Shown here in pieces: positions 26,885 through 39,097 of a stretch of 64,000 bases of DNA; position 1 is the stretch's first letter; each line of letters begins with the position of its first letter. The translations under genes and the position numbers were made by a program. The DNA is taken from assembly GCA_024137785.1 (NCBI GenBank), contig JAHRHZ010000066.1:1733880-1797879 (forward strand). Reading direction: 5' to 3'. The stretch is from Ginglymostoma cirratum. Taxonomy: Eukaryota. The notes beneath the pieces are model-generated. The model was not told where the DNA came from. It ran no database searches and was given only the letters and a program-made list of their open reading frames with translations.

Positions 26885-27278
26885 CTGATGGAATGTAATG
26901 TCGTGAAATGTGATTCATCTTTGTAGGAAGGAGAGAGGGGAAAAATAGAATGTTTGTGTTTAAAATGGTGAGAAACTATTGAATATTATTGTCCAGGGGT
27001 TTAGGGTGATTTTGTACACAAATATCAGAAAGTTAACATGATAATAGGGCCAATAAATAGGGAGACAAATTGGTATGTGGAATGAACTACCAAAGGAAGT
27101 GGTTGATGCAGGTACGATTACAACATTTAAAATATATTTGAGTTGGTATACGAATAGGAAAGGTTTAGAGTGATGTGGACCAAACGCAGGCAAATGGAAC
27201 TAGATTAGTTTGGAGTGCTTGGTCAGTGTGGACGAGTTGGACTGAATGGTCTGTTTCCGTGCTGTATGACGCTATGAC
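26885..27278 (+). mobile_element. CR1 LINE 3' fragment
   Basis: WNELPKEVVDAGTITTFK at ~27078; tail ggactgaatggtctgtttccgtgctgtatgacgctatgac. Confidence 0.8.
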
Positions 27279-27532
27279 AGGGATTGGGAATAACAGAAAT
27301 CCTGATTAATAGCACACTTTTTTGTTGATACGGTGCCAAGTAACACAGCTTCCTGCATACTGCAGTGTATGGATACATCAATGTGCCATGTTGATAAATA
27401 GCGCAGAATTAAGAAAATATTTCTGATTTGGACGTACAAAGAGATCATTATTAATTTACTTGGAGCTGAATTGCAAATCAAAGGGCCCTGTTATCAGTTT
27501 TCATACTTTGATGCATTAGCTTTTTATTGGTA

Positions 27533-27719
27533 CAGGTATTTCTGCTATAATGCAATCTCATTAACATGAATTGGCTGAAATGCGATTGATGAATAGTGGA
27601 CGCTGTTTGGATAACACAAACTTTCTTCTGCACAGTATAGCGATTTTCCCCCTAACGCGATCTTCTACAGCATGAGGTCGCACAAGAACACAACTATCAT
27701 GTTATAGGAGAACTATCTA
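27533..27719. mobile_element. Tc1/mariner (Tigger-like) MITE
   Basis: TA|CAGGTATTTCTGCTATAA...TTATAGGAGAACTATCTA|TA: imperfect terminal inverted repeats with TA flanks. Confidence 0.7.
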
Positions 27720-28212
27720 TATGTTGTCGTGTATTTTGCCCAATATCTGAGCTACCACATTTTCTAAAAGACTACCAGTGCCCACTCCTGACCACCTGCA
27801 AATTTTAATCTTACACAGCTCCACTAGCTGCTGTCAGCGTGTTCGGTACTTGATCTAATAAATCGAATGCTTCAATTCTTTTCAGTTTGCATCTTCCTGG
27901 CTAAAAATTGAGATTACATTTGTTATGCACCAAGATACAGTTCAGTTATATCTGCCATATTAATATTCACTTCCAATTGAAATTACACATTGTATGAACC
28001 AAGTAGGTTACTGTCAATATAAATGATTGTTGGTGGAGCGAGATTGAACAAGAAACACTTTAATGTGAAACTGCAGTGCTATTCGATATATAGATGTACA
28101 AACAAATTATAAAGTTTCATGTGAGAAATATTCTTGCAGGAACAAATGAAGCTGGTGTTTGGATATAGTTGTAACTTCAGGACATGGTTAGCATAACAAT
28201 TCCTGCAAAGGG

Positions 28213-29412
28213 TGTAGGGGGTCTTCTCAAACTCTAAAAGACACACCGCAAGGATGAGAGTCTTGCTTCAGCAGTAGTGCTTCTTTGTTCAAGCTTGCAA
28301 TCGATTATAGCAGGGAGAGCTCCAAGACACAGTCTCACAGGACATTCAGGGAGGCTCTGATTACGTCGGACAATCCCTGACCTTTAATAACATACAGAAT
28401 ATAATCAGTTGTGCGCAAAACGTAGAACCATGTGCAAAGGTAATGTGGCCATGCGCAGAGTTAGTGGTACAAACAAGTTAAACTGCAGTTGTACTGTGTT
28501 TTCGCAAGGCAAGGCCGTTACTTCGACAGCCGTCTGTCGAACATTAGTTGACGCGGAATGCGGTGAAGATAAGAATGTACAGATGCTGTAAATTCTAGCT
28601 TTTTGCTATTTGTCCCACGTGACTTCTCAGGCTAGGGAAAGGCAGTTTGCAGTTACAGCAATATGTACTGTTTCATAAAGCTAAAGTTTCCCTACTTAGT
28701 GCTTCTCGTCATGTATTATTTTAACTTGTTTCTGCTCAGCCTAAATTAGACAGTCTCAACATACAGGTATTCCATAATTGCTTCCTTGTTGATCTCCAGA
28801 TCAACTTCACCAGCCTTCTGCGAAAGGAGGGTCGTACCCCAGGGAAAAAGGTCTCATGCCCAAGCATTCCTTCTCATCATAATCAGGACTGTCAGATATG
28901 TAACGGGGAAACATGGCAGCAGGGATAACAAGCATAGGGCTGGATGAACACAGCAGGTCAAGCAGCATCATAGGAGCAGGAAAACTTGACCTGCTGTGTT
29001 CATCCAGCCCCATGCTTGTTATCTCGGATCCTCCAGCATCTGCAGTACCTTTTATCTCTGATACAACATGGCAGCAGGGTTTTGTCTCCCCTGGGGGAGG
29101 ATGCGCATATTAGGCAGGTTGCTAGAACGCATACTACAATTATAACAAGGATGATCTATAGTGGGTCAGGGTGCTCCACCAAGTCCCAAAAGGCCACCAT
29201 CCAGATCCCGGTTGTAGTTGTGGAATTGATGCCCTATCCTGTGGTTACTAACCGACAAGTCCTGGGTTCTGAGTCAGAACAGAGCAGTCTTTAAGTTTTA
29301 ATTACTGGGGTGGCGTCTTCATCTTCCATCCTTCCCCTTGGATAACCTGACTATGTGTTTGTGTGTAATGTCATAGGGGTTTGTGGCTGGGTGGTGGCGA
29401 GGGGCTCCCTCA
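28213..29412 (-). mobile_element. LTR-type element (solo LTR or deleted ERV) with env-TM-like relic
   Basis: Ends TGTAGGG / CCCTCA; AAGGG at 28208-28212 and 29413-29417; visibly CpG-rich relative to flanks; minus strand reads GSGWWPFGTWWSTLTHY then, after a frameshift, IILVIIVVCVLATCLICA. Confidence 0.65.
28925..29064. mobile_element. Fold-back Penelope-type short insertion
   Basis: 39-bp inverted arms 28924-28962 / 28985-29023 (38/39); exact 15-bp TSD aacatggcagcaggg at 28910-28924 and 29065-29079. Confidence 0.85.
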
Positions 29413-29979
29413 AAGGGAATGAAATCAGCTGTTCTAAGAGTAGTGTTGGTGTCCTTCATTTATGAAAGCTTAGTGAGTGGACACATTGAACAGTTCATTT
29501 TTGTTAGTGGTATTTATTTCTGTTGCATGCATGAAACTGAAGCATGCAGTTTGTGTTGTTTTTAGTAGTATGGATGGCATGGCTTTGATGTAGCCATTTG
29601 TGCTAACTTTTGGATGGAATTGAAAGCTGGAATATGAGCCAAAATGTTACCAACTGTATTTGATGTAGAGATAGAGAATGATTGCTGCATGGGGTAATAA
29701 GTTTCAGTAGCATTAAATCTCTCTCCAGTTGGTGGTGTGTTTCTTTTCGCATGCTAATCTGTTTAGAGGATAGGAAATAATCTTTAGTCACTTTTGCTTC
29801 ATTCTATTTAACACTGTGAGTAGAAGTCCTATCTCTGGGAACTGGCAGTTCTGAGCTCAGCAGCAATCAGTGTCAATGCAGGGACTACAATAGTCCCAGC
29901 ATGAGGGAGCGGAATGAGAGATAAGGGATGGAAATGTTGCTCAAGCAACACTAGACAGTCCTGACAAGGGAGAACTCAC

Positions 29980-30375
29980 CTTGAATTTTGCAAGAATGGT
30001 GAATCTGGAGTAGCTGGGCTGTGGAGGAGAGGACCTGTTGGAGGGTGAATGACCTATGGAGGAGAATCCTGTCGTAGGTTAAGGGGCACCCTCCCTATTC
30101 CATACCTTCCACTGGCCCCCACAGTGGGAATTGTCAGGATGGGCTTTTCCTGTTACAGGTTAAATCCGGTGGTTTTGGGGTGAGGCCCCTACATGGTCAT
30201 TAATATCCACTTAAGAGCCTCAATTTGCCCAGGGCCAGGTGGACAACTCAATGCCTCCCCTACTTGTGGGAAAATTGTGGTGCGGCTGGGCAGGAGATAG
30301 GTCTTGTGCCCATGGCATTTTACAAGATCCCACCCTCTTCCAACCCTATCCACGAATACTTATAAAATCTAGCCC
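29980..30375. repeat. GC-richer MITE-like interspersed repeat
   Basis: Ends taaaatctagccc, similar to taaaattctggccc at ~46600; left boundary uncertain. Confidence 0.35.
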
Positions 30376-33300
30376 TTTGTTAACAATTTCAGCTTCCCCG
30401 TGCCTCATTTGGATCCCGGGAAAAACCGTATTTAATTTCTTTGTGAATGTTATTGACGTGAGATTTTTCTCAGCTACTCGTTGGGTCTTAAGTTTTCTTC
30501 TAAACAGTTCTAATGTCTTCTCCCACCTCAACTGCTAAATGCACTTCTAATATGTTTGGGTTTTGACAGTAAGGTTGAGTGAAGCTCTGGGGGCAGATAA
30601 CACCTCTCTTGTTTTGACGTCAGGGCTAACGTGACCTTTTTAATAATGTTCTGATTACATCATGAGATAGTTGGTCCCATTACTTATGGGAGCAACAGCA
30701 TTACTGGTTGGATGATTTGGAGAATGCTGTTTAGATGGTTTGAGTTTGAGATTGGATTCCTTTCCTGACTGCATGATCTCCCTGATCAGGTGACACTTCT
30801 TGGAGGGGCTTCTGGTGGATGTGCACTGAAGCGATTGCCTAGTTTCATTGTTTTGCCATCTTTAAGGTGGACTGTAAAATAATTACTTAGAATAAACAGG
30901 AGTAATGTATGTATATTGGTGATCTGAACTTTTATGGTGGTTTCTATTGACTGTTAATTACAATGCTTAAGGGAAATCAGAAGATAGCAACTTTGCAAAT
31001 TCATAGTGAATGATCCATTTGGTAAATGAGTTTGTTTTTGCAGGAGTACTTGAAGTCAATAAAATCCAATGTGCAGAATTTGTTTAATGCTGTTTCCATA
31101 AATCCAGGATAAAATAATGAAAAATGTCTAGCACATTGTTTCAAATATCTATATTATTTCTTAGATTAATTATATTTTTTTCTCCCATATTTGTTTGCGT
31201 TTTACTTTGTAGGTACTCTAAATAATTTGTGTTCTGAAGACAGTTCTAATGACGGTGGTGTTGAGATTTAAATCATTTTATATTATAACTTGCATTCACT
31301 TTGTTCCATTGCTTTTATTAATTTTCTCAGTAATTCTTCCAAATATTCCCAAAGGAATAGTTTTAATCTGCTAATTTAGAAATTAAATGTTGTGATTGAA
31401 TCATTACTTGTATATTTAATTTTTTTGTATTGCATAAAAGTTGTGAACAAATTTATAATATCAAAACTGCACACTTCCAACTTTCCAATATTTACACTCT
31501 GCTCTAGTTTACAAAATATTTGCATAACTCCTCTTCTGCAGCAGTAGCAAAATCATTTTTAGAAGTACAGTTATAAATTAAAAAATATAGAACTCTTACG
31601 TAATTTTATGTCTGAAATTTGCAGACCAGTTTAAAATACATCAAAAAAAGTGATCTCCAATTTCCTAATACCCAACAATGCTCTACTGTAGAATGTTTTA
31701 ATCCATGTGTTAATGTGTACTTTTAGCTTGAACTGTTTAACTGTCCATTTTGGCTTCTGCCAATCAAAGATAGCACCAAGTGGTCAACTTACTATACCAA
31801 ATATTTTGCACAAGAATAAAGTGACAGTTATTAAGCTGGCAGGAAGCACCTAGTTAAACACATTTGAAGTCTAAAACTGAATAGATACAAATAAAAGGCT
31901 AGAATCATTTTAGGTTTTGTAGTGTTATCTCAAATTCATACTGTGACTGTTGTTTGTTTGGATCTGAACCCTTGTATCTTGCATTTTTTACTTGCCAAAT
32001 TTATCTGGCCCTTTGTTTCCACTTCTAGCCATGTTCCTCTTCCTTTGTATGTTATCATGCCTGCTTTGATTTACTTTCTTGTTTGACTGAGGAATAGTGA
32101 TAAATGTCTCTTCTCTTCCCAGATTCTTAGGTTTGAATTTCTCATGAACGAGCTCCTTGTTAATCTCAGATCTTTCTATGGTTCTATCTATTACATGCAT
32201 CATAACTTTTCTCCTCAGCTTGAGCACCTCCCCACTCCCTCACTCTGACATCCGTTCCCAATTCTTATAAATCTTTTTAGTCTCCTTACCATCGTAGATA
32301 CTACTTCACTTTGCAATTACTACTTCGCTGCTGTCTTAGAATTAAGACCTTTGTCATCTGTCTAGATCAGCAGCTGAGCACTAACTGATGACTGACAGCG
32401 GCAATATTTTTCTTCCCTCTGAAACTTCCCCACCTGATTTTACTATCCATTATTTGTACCATCCAGATTTCAGTGGCTGCAGTGTAGTCTATTGTTCAGA
32501 TCATACTTTGGCAACACCTCCTGGTCCTCTGTTCTTTTTCCTTTTGAGCACCTCACCCTGTCCCCTAGGTCTCATCTGTTCTCAAAATCCTTGTTGTTGG
32601 TTGCGCTCTCAAGCTCCATCATTCTGATGAAAGATCATCCACCTGCTTGACCTGCTGAATATTTCTTACATGTGTCTTCCCCTTTACTCTAAGTTTAATT
32701 CCACCCATTCATCTGCAGAAGGGGTCTGAAGGGAATGTCGACAACCACATTTGACTGCATAGTCACTTTGGTATTGCCAAATTGTCGTCTCCGTGCTGTC
32801 TTGAATACATCATATCCTCCTTTTTAAGGTCAGAAAATTGAAGCATTTTTTTGGCTGCTAAGCACAAACTCTGGTCTCTAATAACCCTAAACCCTCTTTG
32901 GATACAGTCAATTCTGAATAAGATCGTAGGTGATTTTGAAATGCTGTTTAAGTAAGAGAAGTCATTCAAAGTTTACATTAATAAGGCCACTTATTTTCAT
33001 CTGTTTCTACCTTAACTCCTTAACTACTGAAGCTCTTAGCCATGCTCAAATATGACAAGATTCTTGTCAATAAAAATCCATCGCTATATATTCCAAGATG
33101 TGTAATTTACAACTGTTTCTGTCAATTGTACATAACGTAAGTTCCCCTCCCTGTTCCCCCTCAGAAAAATTTAGTATATTGTCCTTACAGATTTCCATTT
33201 TCCCCCCTGTCCATTGAATTTAAAGTCTGTATCTTCAAGTTGCACCGTGGGCTTGGTCCTCATTCCCTACCTCTGATATTTATAGCCTGAATGGAAGTGG

Positions 33301-33392
33301 CGTACAAGCACAAATTTCCTTATTGATAATTTATGTGAAATAACTCTCTTTTAGAAAGCTAGGAAATAGTATAAAAAATTTTGTCACAAAGC

Positions 33393-33431
33393 TGAAGATT
33401 ACATTGGTGAAGATTACATTGGTGAAGATTA
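33393..33431 (+). repeat. Tandem repeat, TGAAGATTACATTGG x2.6
   Basis: Two exact 15-bp units plus a 9-bp partial. Confidence 0.9.
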
Positions 33432-34114
33432 TTTTGAAAAGGATTTAACGTTAATAAAAATAGGCAGTGCGGAAGTTAAGTTATGCTAATGGAATGTAAA
33501 GCTGACCTTTTTTGTGCATTTTTACATAATGCCAGTCATAAATCTCGGAACAAGGAAAAAGAAATAATTTATAAATAGAGAATCCAGAGCTTAGCACCGT
33601 GAAAGGCTGAACGTGCTTCATTAAGGTACATATACAAAGTCAAGACAAAGTCGTCAAAGTATTCATTCAGAATGGACTTTTTTTTTAAATTCCATGGCTC
33701 CTCTTTGATTATTTGGTTCAAACAATACACAAAATTTGTTGTCATATTAGGGTTGCCATCTTAGTTCACTGACTAAGTAGGTGCAATCCAAAACCGTGTG
33801 CACTTGCTTAAGTAATTTGGAATGCCATCATTCAGTGAAAGATGGGAGAGGAATATATATTCTACTTTGTTTAAATGAATATGTATTTTGCCAGTTGATT
33901 ACTTTGTAATTAGATGCAGTTGATGACCCAAGTATAAATGATTGTCCTTTCTGCTTCAGAAATAAATGGATTGCTCTGTGGGAATTAAGAAGTAAACTGT
34001 TGGGACAGTGTGGCTTGAAGAGTATCTATTGTAGCAATAAAACCTAAAACTAAAAGATTGTATTTTTATGACTAGATATAGCAGTAATGAAATAGAAAAA
34101 AACATTGTGTTTGA

Positions 34115-36205
34115 GAGTGGCACTCTGGTGGCCAGTGGTGTGGTGGTAACGTATTCCAGAGTCCCAGCTAATGCTCTAGAGTTTTAGATTTGAATCCCAC
34201 CACATCCGATTGTGAAATTTAATTTGGTTAATTGGATTTTTTTGGAAACAAAAGCTAGTCTAATAGCAGCAGTAAAACCATTGTTGATTGCCATAAAAAT
34301 CATCTAGTTCACTAATGTGTTTTAGGGCGATAAATAAATCCAACATCTTTACCTGGTCTAGCTTATATGTGACTCTAGACCCACAGCTACGGACTCTTAA
34401 ATCCCCCTGAAGTGAGGTAGAGAGGCAATCAAACCTCCATGTAGCATCAGAAAAAGAATGAACCTGGACCAACTATCCGGCAGCAACCTAGGCAGTGGAA
34501 ACAACAATGACAGACCCAAACTGGTCGACCCATCTGCATCCTCTTTACTAACATTTCTGTGCCTGTACATATACTGGAAGACCTTCCCTTCACATTAGTC
34601 AAGCAACAGCCTGACAGATCCCACTTACAGACTCGTACCTTACAGCCAATGTCCTAGACACTACCGCCAGAATCTGAATGTATGCCCTGTACTGCTGAAA
34701 GGGTAGTATCGCCAGAGGTGGCAAAACAGTGATATACAGCTATCCTGGGAGTTTTCAAAATTGATCCTCGACATTATGAAGTCTTATGGCATCGGGTCAA
34801 GTGTGGGTGAGGATACCTTCAGATTATATATTGCCCAGCTCCTTGTTTGATGAATCTACTCCTCCATATCAGACAACACTCAGAAGAAATACTGAGGGCA
34901 GCACAGGCACAGAATGGATTCTGGGTGGTGACTTCAGTGTTCATTAGCAAGCGTGGCTTGACAGCAGCATGACTGGGTCCTAAAGGACATAGCTGCTAGA
35001 CTGGGCCTGCAATAGGTGGTGATAGAAACGACAAGAGGCAAAATTCTACTTGACCTCATTTTCACCGACTTATACCTATTGCAGATGCGTTTGTACATGA
35101 TAGTAGTGGTTGGAGTGACCACTGCACAGTCCTTGTGGATGAAGCCTGGTGTCTACATTGAAGGTACCTTCCATTATGTGTGGTGTTACCATGCTGCTAA
35201 ATGGTATAGATTTCAAACAGCTCCAGGAACACACAACTGGGCATCATTAGGTGGTGTGGGCCATCAACTAGCAGAATTGCATTAGATTTCAAATTCTAAT
35301 CTCGTGGCCCAGTATATCTCCCACTGTACCATTGCCATCAAGCTGTGGGATCAACACTGGGTCAGTGAAAAATGCAAGAGGGCATGCCAGGAGCAACAAG
35401 TGTCAACCTGGTCAAACTACAGAATAGAACGACTTGCACACCAAAAGTGTAAGCAGCATGTGATAGACAAGGCTAAGTGATCCCAGGGCCAACAGACCAG
35501 ATCTAAGCTCTGCAGTCCTGCCACATCCAGTTGTGAGTGGCAGTGGAACACTGGAAAAGGAGGCTCCACAAATGTTTTCATTCTCCATGATAAGGGAAGT
35601 CCAGCATATCAGTACAAAGATAAGGTTGTAGTATTTGCATCCACGTTTGTCCAGAAATGCTGAATGGATGATCCATCTCTGCCTATTCTTAAGGTCCCCA
35701 GAAGTACAGATGACAGTTTTCAGGGAATTCATCACCCATAAAGCACAAGTCGGGACAGTTGAGGAACACTCTCCACTTAGCTTAATGTGAGCAGCTCCAA
35801 CAACACTCGAGTACCTACACCATCCAGGATAAAGTAGCCCCCTTGATGAGCACACTGTCCACTTGGTAGCAGTGTGAACTGTCTATAATGTGCAGTGCAG
35901 TAACTCATCCAGGCTCCTTTGATACCACCCTCCAAAACCAGCAATGGACAATGGCAGCACGTACATAGTAACACCACCACCTGCCATTTCCTTTCTAAAC
36001 TCTACATCATACTGATTTGGAAATATATTGCTGTTTCTTCAGTATCAATAGGTCAGATTGCTGAAACTCCCTTCCTAACAGCACTGTAGTTGTATTTGCA
36101 CCCCAGGGACTGCTGCGGTTCGAGAAGCAATTCACCACCACCTTTTATGGGCAACTTGGGATGAGTAATGCTGCTGAACCAGCAATACTTGTATTCCAGT
36201 ATATG
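34115..36205 (+). mobile_element. Decayed CR1/L2-group LINE with tRNA-SINE-type 5' head
   Basis: Head with B-box-like tttgaatccc and ctagttcactaatgtg...tatgtgactctagacccacag; SHISQ/VKQQPD-like endonuclease start ~34590; ILLDLIFT motif ~35045; tail gcggttcgagaagcaattcaccaccacctt. Confidence 0.75.
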
Positions 36206-37533
36206 AAGAAAAGACATAGGATTAAATTTTCAGCGTTTTGAGTTCATTTACATTGCAATAGTGGGTTCAGGCTAATTGTATTTCAGGTTGGAGCCAGGTA
36301 AATCCCTGTTGCGATTGCTTGGGAAATAATTAGAAAAGGATTTCACATCTGGAAATATAGGATTGTTGAATGCTTCCCCCCGGTTTAAAAATTTGATTCT
36401 AATGATTACAGCTTTCAGAAATGCACTGGATGCATGCTGTTACAAATTGAGTACTGCATAAACCGTTCTCTTTGGAACAATGATATTAGTGACTCCAATA
36501 AGTGATCTGATGTTGCATTTAAAAGTACAAGTTGTCCTCATTTTAACATTGTGCCATTTTAGCATACTTAGTTTACTCTTCAGAGCTTTTTTTTATTTTG
36601 TTTTGTATCACCTTCTGCTTTGGTAGTTTGTGCTTTGTTGATGTCTGCTATTGTCGACGTCAGAATCCAGTCCTGCATTGCCCATGTACCAGACACTTCC
36701 TCCCTTTCAGCCATAGGCAGAGCTTTACTTTGCTATTGGCCTTGCTTTTTGACCTTGTCACTCAGCTTAACTGCCTGGCCCTGTCCTTTGCTTTGTTTTC
36801 CAACTTCATCTACTCCCAGTCTTGTCGCCCAGCTTGCTCAACCTTGCCTCATTTACCATGGGTCTTGCCTGTCTACAGCCTCATTATATCCCAACCCCAA
36901 CAACTCCTGCCTCGAGACTCCAGGTTTGGTCTTGCCTTGCCTTCACTTCTGGTTCCACACCTGGTCACACTCTTCCCTCTTAAATTTGATCTTGGGTCCT
37001 GCATTTGAGTGGCAGAGGTCAGTCAGTGCATCTGGCTGCACTGACTGATTTCTGTCACTAGATGGAGCCAGTCAACACACCAGTGCTACATGTAACATTT
37101 CATGTCTATTTCAAATTAATTTTTAATTTTAATTTATGAATGTATCAATTTAGCCATTTAAAATTACAAGTAATATTGAATTTTAACTTGGAGGATGCAG
37201 CTAGAGTTTGAGTTTTATCAATGATTCCTGTGAGAATTAATACTTCTTTAAAAAACGGTTGACTAAATGAAAACTTTGAGAAATTCAACCTCGGTTTTAA
37301 GTGAAGCCATTTTTTTTAATTGTCCCACTAAATAATTGCTATATGTTAGAAATGTAAGAATAATACTACTTGTGATTTGAAGACAAATCTTGGAATCATT
37401 TGGGAAATAGCTAGAAATGGCAGAGGAGAGAATGTAGGATCTTTTGTAGAGGTGAGCTAAGATTTGCCGAAGGTTTTTGTCATTGGGACTTAGAGACAGT
37501 CACTAACAGAAGAACCAGTACTTGTGATGGGCT

Positions 37534-37751
37534 AGAAATCGAAAGAACTGCAGATGCAGTCAATTGGAAACAAAAACGAGTTGCTGGAAAAGCTGAGCGA
37601 GTCTCACAGCATCTGTGAAGAGAAATCCAAGTTAACGTTTCAGATCCAGTGACCCTTCCTCAGAACCGGACTCCACGTTAACATTAACTCTGATTTCTCT
37701 TCACAGATGCTGCCAGACCTGCTGAACTTTTCCAGCAACTTCTGTTTTTGC
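37534..37751. mobile_element. Fold-back Penelope terminal-repeat insertion with minus-strand hammerhead core
   Basis: Inverted ~70-bp arms; tacttgtgatgggct (37519-37533) / tacttgtgatgaact (37752-37766); minus strand 37665-37631 reads ttCTGAGGAagggtcactggatctGAAAcgttaac. Confidence 0.85.
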
Positions 37752-37879
37752 TACTTGTGATGAACTGGTTGGCTTCTTGTATGCAGTGAAATTCTCTGAA
37801 ATTTCTGAGCATTGAATGATGAGAAATATTAGTTTTTGGGACTGTCCAAATTGTCTGTGCAGATTTTTTTTTTTGTCCT

Positions 37880-38237
37880 GGGGAGTGGAATCACTGGCAA
37901 GGCCAACGTTTATTGCTCGCTCCGAATTGCCTTTGAGCTAAGTGGTTTGTTAGGCTGTTTGCAAAGGGTGGTAAAGAGTCAACCACAAGCTATGGATCTG
38001 GAGTCACATGTAGGCTGGGTAAGAAAATCAGTTTTCCTTCTTTAAAGGACAGTAGTAAACTAGATGGGTTTTAATGATAATTGATAGTCCTTGAGATCAC
38101 CATTTTTGAGAGTAGCTTTAAATTTGAAATTTATTAGTTGGCTTTAAGTTCCATTGCTACCAACGTGGCACTTGGACTCCTGTCCCCAGCATATTAGTCA
38201 GAACCTTTGGATTACTAGGCCAGTGACCTTACCACTT
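37880..38237 (-). mobile_element. tRNA-derived SINE, same family as 48385-48727
   Basis: ggatctggagtcacatgtaggc and ttccttctttaaaggacagtagtaaactag are reverse complements of the 48570-48645 domain; reversed tail caacgtttattgc. Confidence 0.75.
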
Positions 38238-39001
38238 AACCGTTTAACTTTCAATATATAGCTAGTCTGTTTACATGCTTGCAGAATTACTCTTTTCTAC
38301 ATTACTCTCTCAACCTTTGCTTGAAGCTGGTATATCCACAGTTATTTCAATCTTGATACTTTCCCATTCAATAATTCCCATTGCTTTGACCATTGGGAAA
38401 CCAACTAGCCAAAGTTTGGACACGCACATGCTTGGTGCTTCACTTCATTTGAAACCACTTGTCCTGTATTGTTGCATACTGAGAGAAATTGGCAATTTCT
38501 ACATTTCTGTTTCAGTGAGTTTATTTCAGTCATACGTGCAAGTTGGTTACTTAAAAGAAACTTTTTATTTGGGGATGACGTGGGAAATTAAAATAGGAAT
38601 CTGATGTCATACTTTCCGCAGTGGTATGACATTTGTGCAGTGTGGATAAGTGGCATGTGCCAGGTAATAGTCTTGTTGAACAGCTGAAAGTCAATAGTTG
38701 TGCTTTCACGACTATTGAGAAGCCCTTCACCATTGGTGTCTTAGGATCACAACTGCATCAATTACTTCAGTACCATAGTTACAAATCCAAGGCAGGTGCA
38801 GTATACTCTGTGATTTGTCATTTCACTTTCTAACACCACAAAGTTTATTCAGCATTCACAAAATGTAAGTAAAGAATGTAATGGACTGCTCACCCCTGAA
38901 GGATGATTGTAACTGTAATAAAATACAAGAAGCCCCATGTCATCCAGGCTTTGTTTAATAGGTGCACCCTCCTTAGCTGCAGTATATAGACAGGAAGCAC
39001 T

Positions 39002-39097
39002 GGGGGTTGGTTAGCTCAGTTGACTGGGTGATTGGTTTGTGATACAGAGGATACCAACAGCACAGGTTCAATTCCTGTACTAATTGAGGTCACAATG
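39002..39097 (+). mobile_element. tRNA-derived SINE head fragment
   Basis: A box TAGCTCAGTTG, B box GGTTCAATTCC; homologous to 20180-20270 on the minus strand. Confidence 0.65.

Noticed and set aside
28807-29113. Opposite-strand ORFs sharing GLDEHSRSS and LDLLCSSSPMLVI
   Set aside because: Artefact of the 39-bp inverted repeat.
29881-29903. gggactacaatagtcccagcatg, similar to a ZNF143/Staf site
   Set aside because: Spacing deviates from ACTACAATTCCCAG, and there is no CpG island or promoter context.
33393-33431. Short direct repeats as a CRISPR-like array
   Set aside because: No spacers and eukaryotic intron context; a simple tandem duplication.
36598-37048. Overlapping 136- and 142-aa ORFs
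   Set aside because: C/T-rich low-complexity sequence poor in stop codons; no motifs or splice support.
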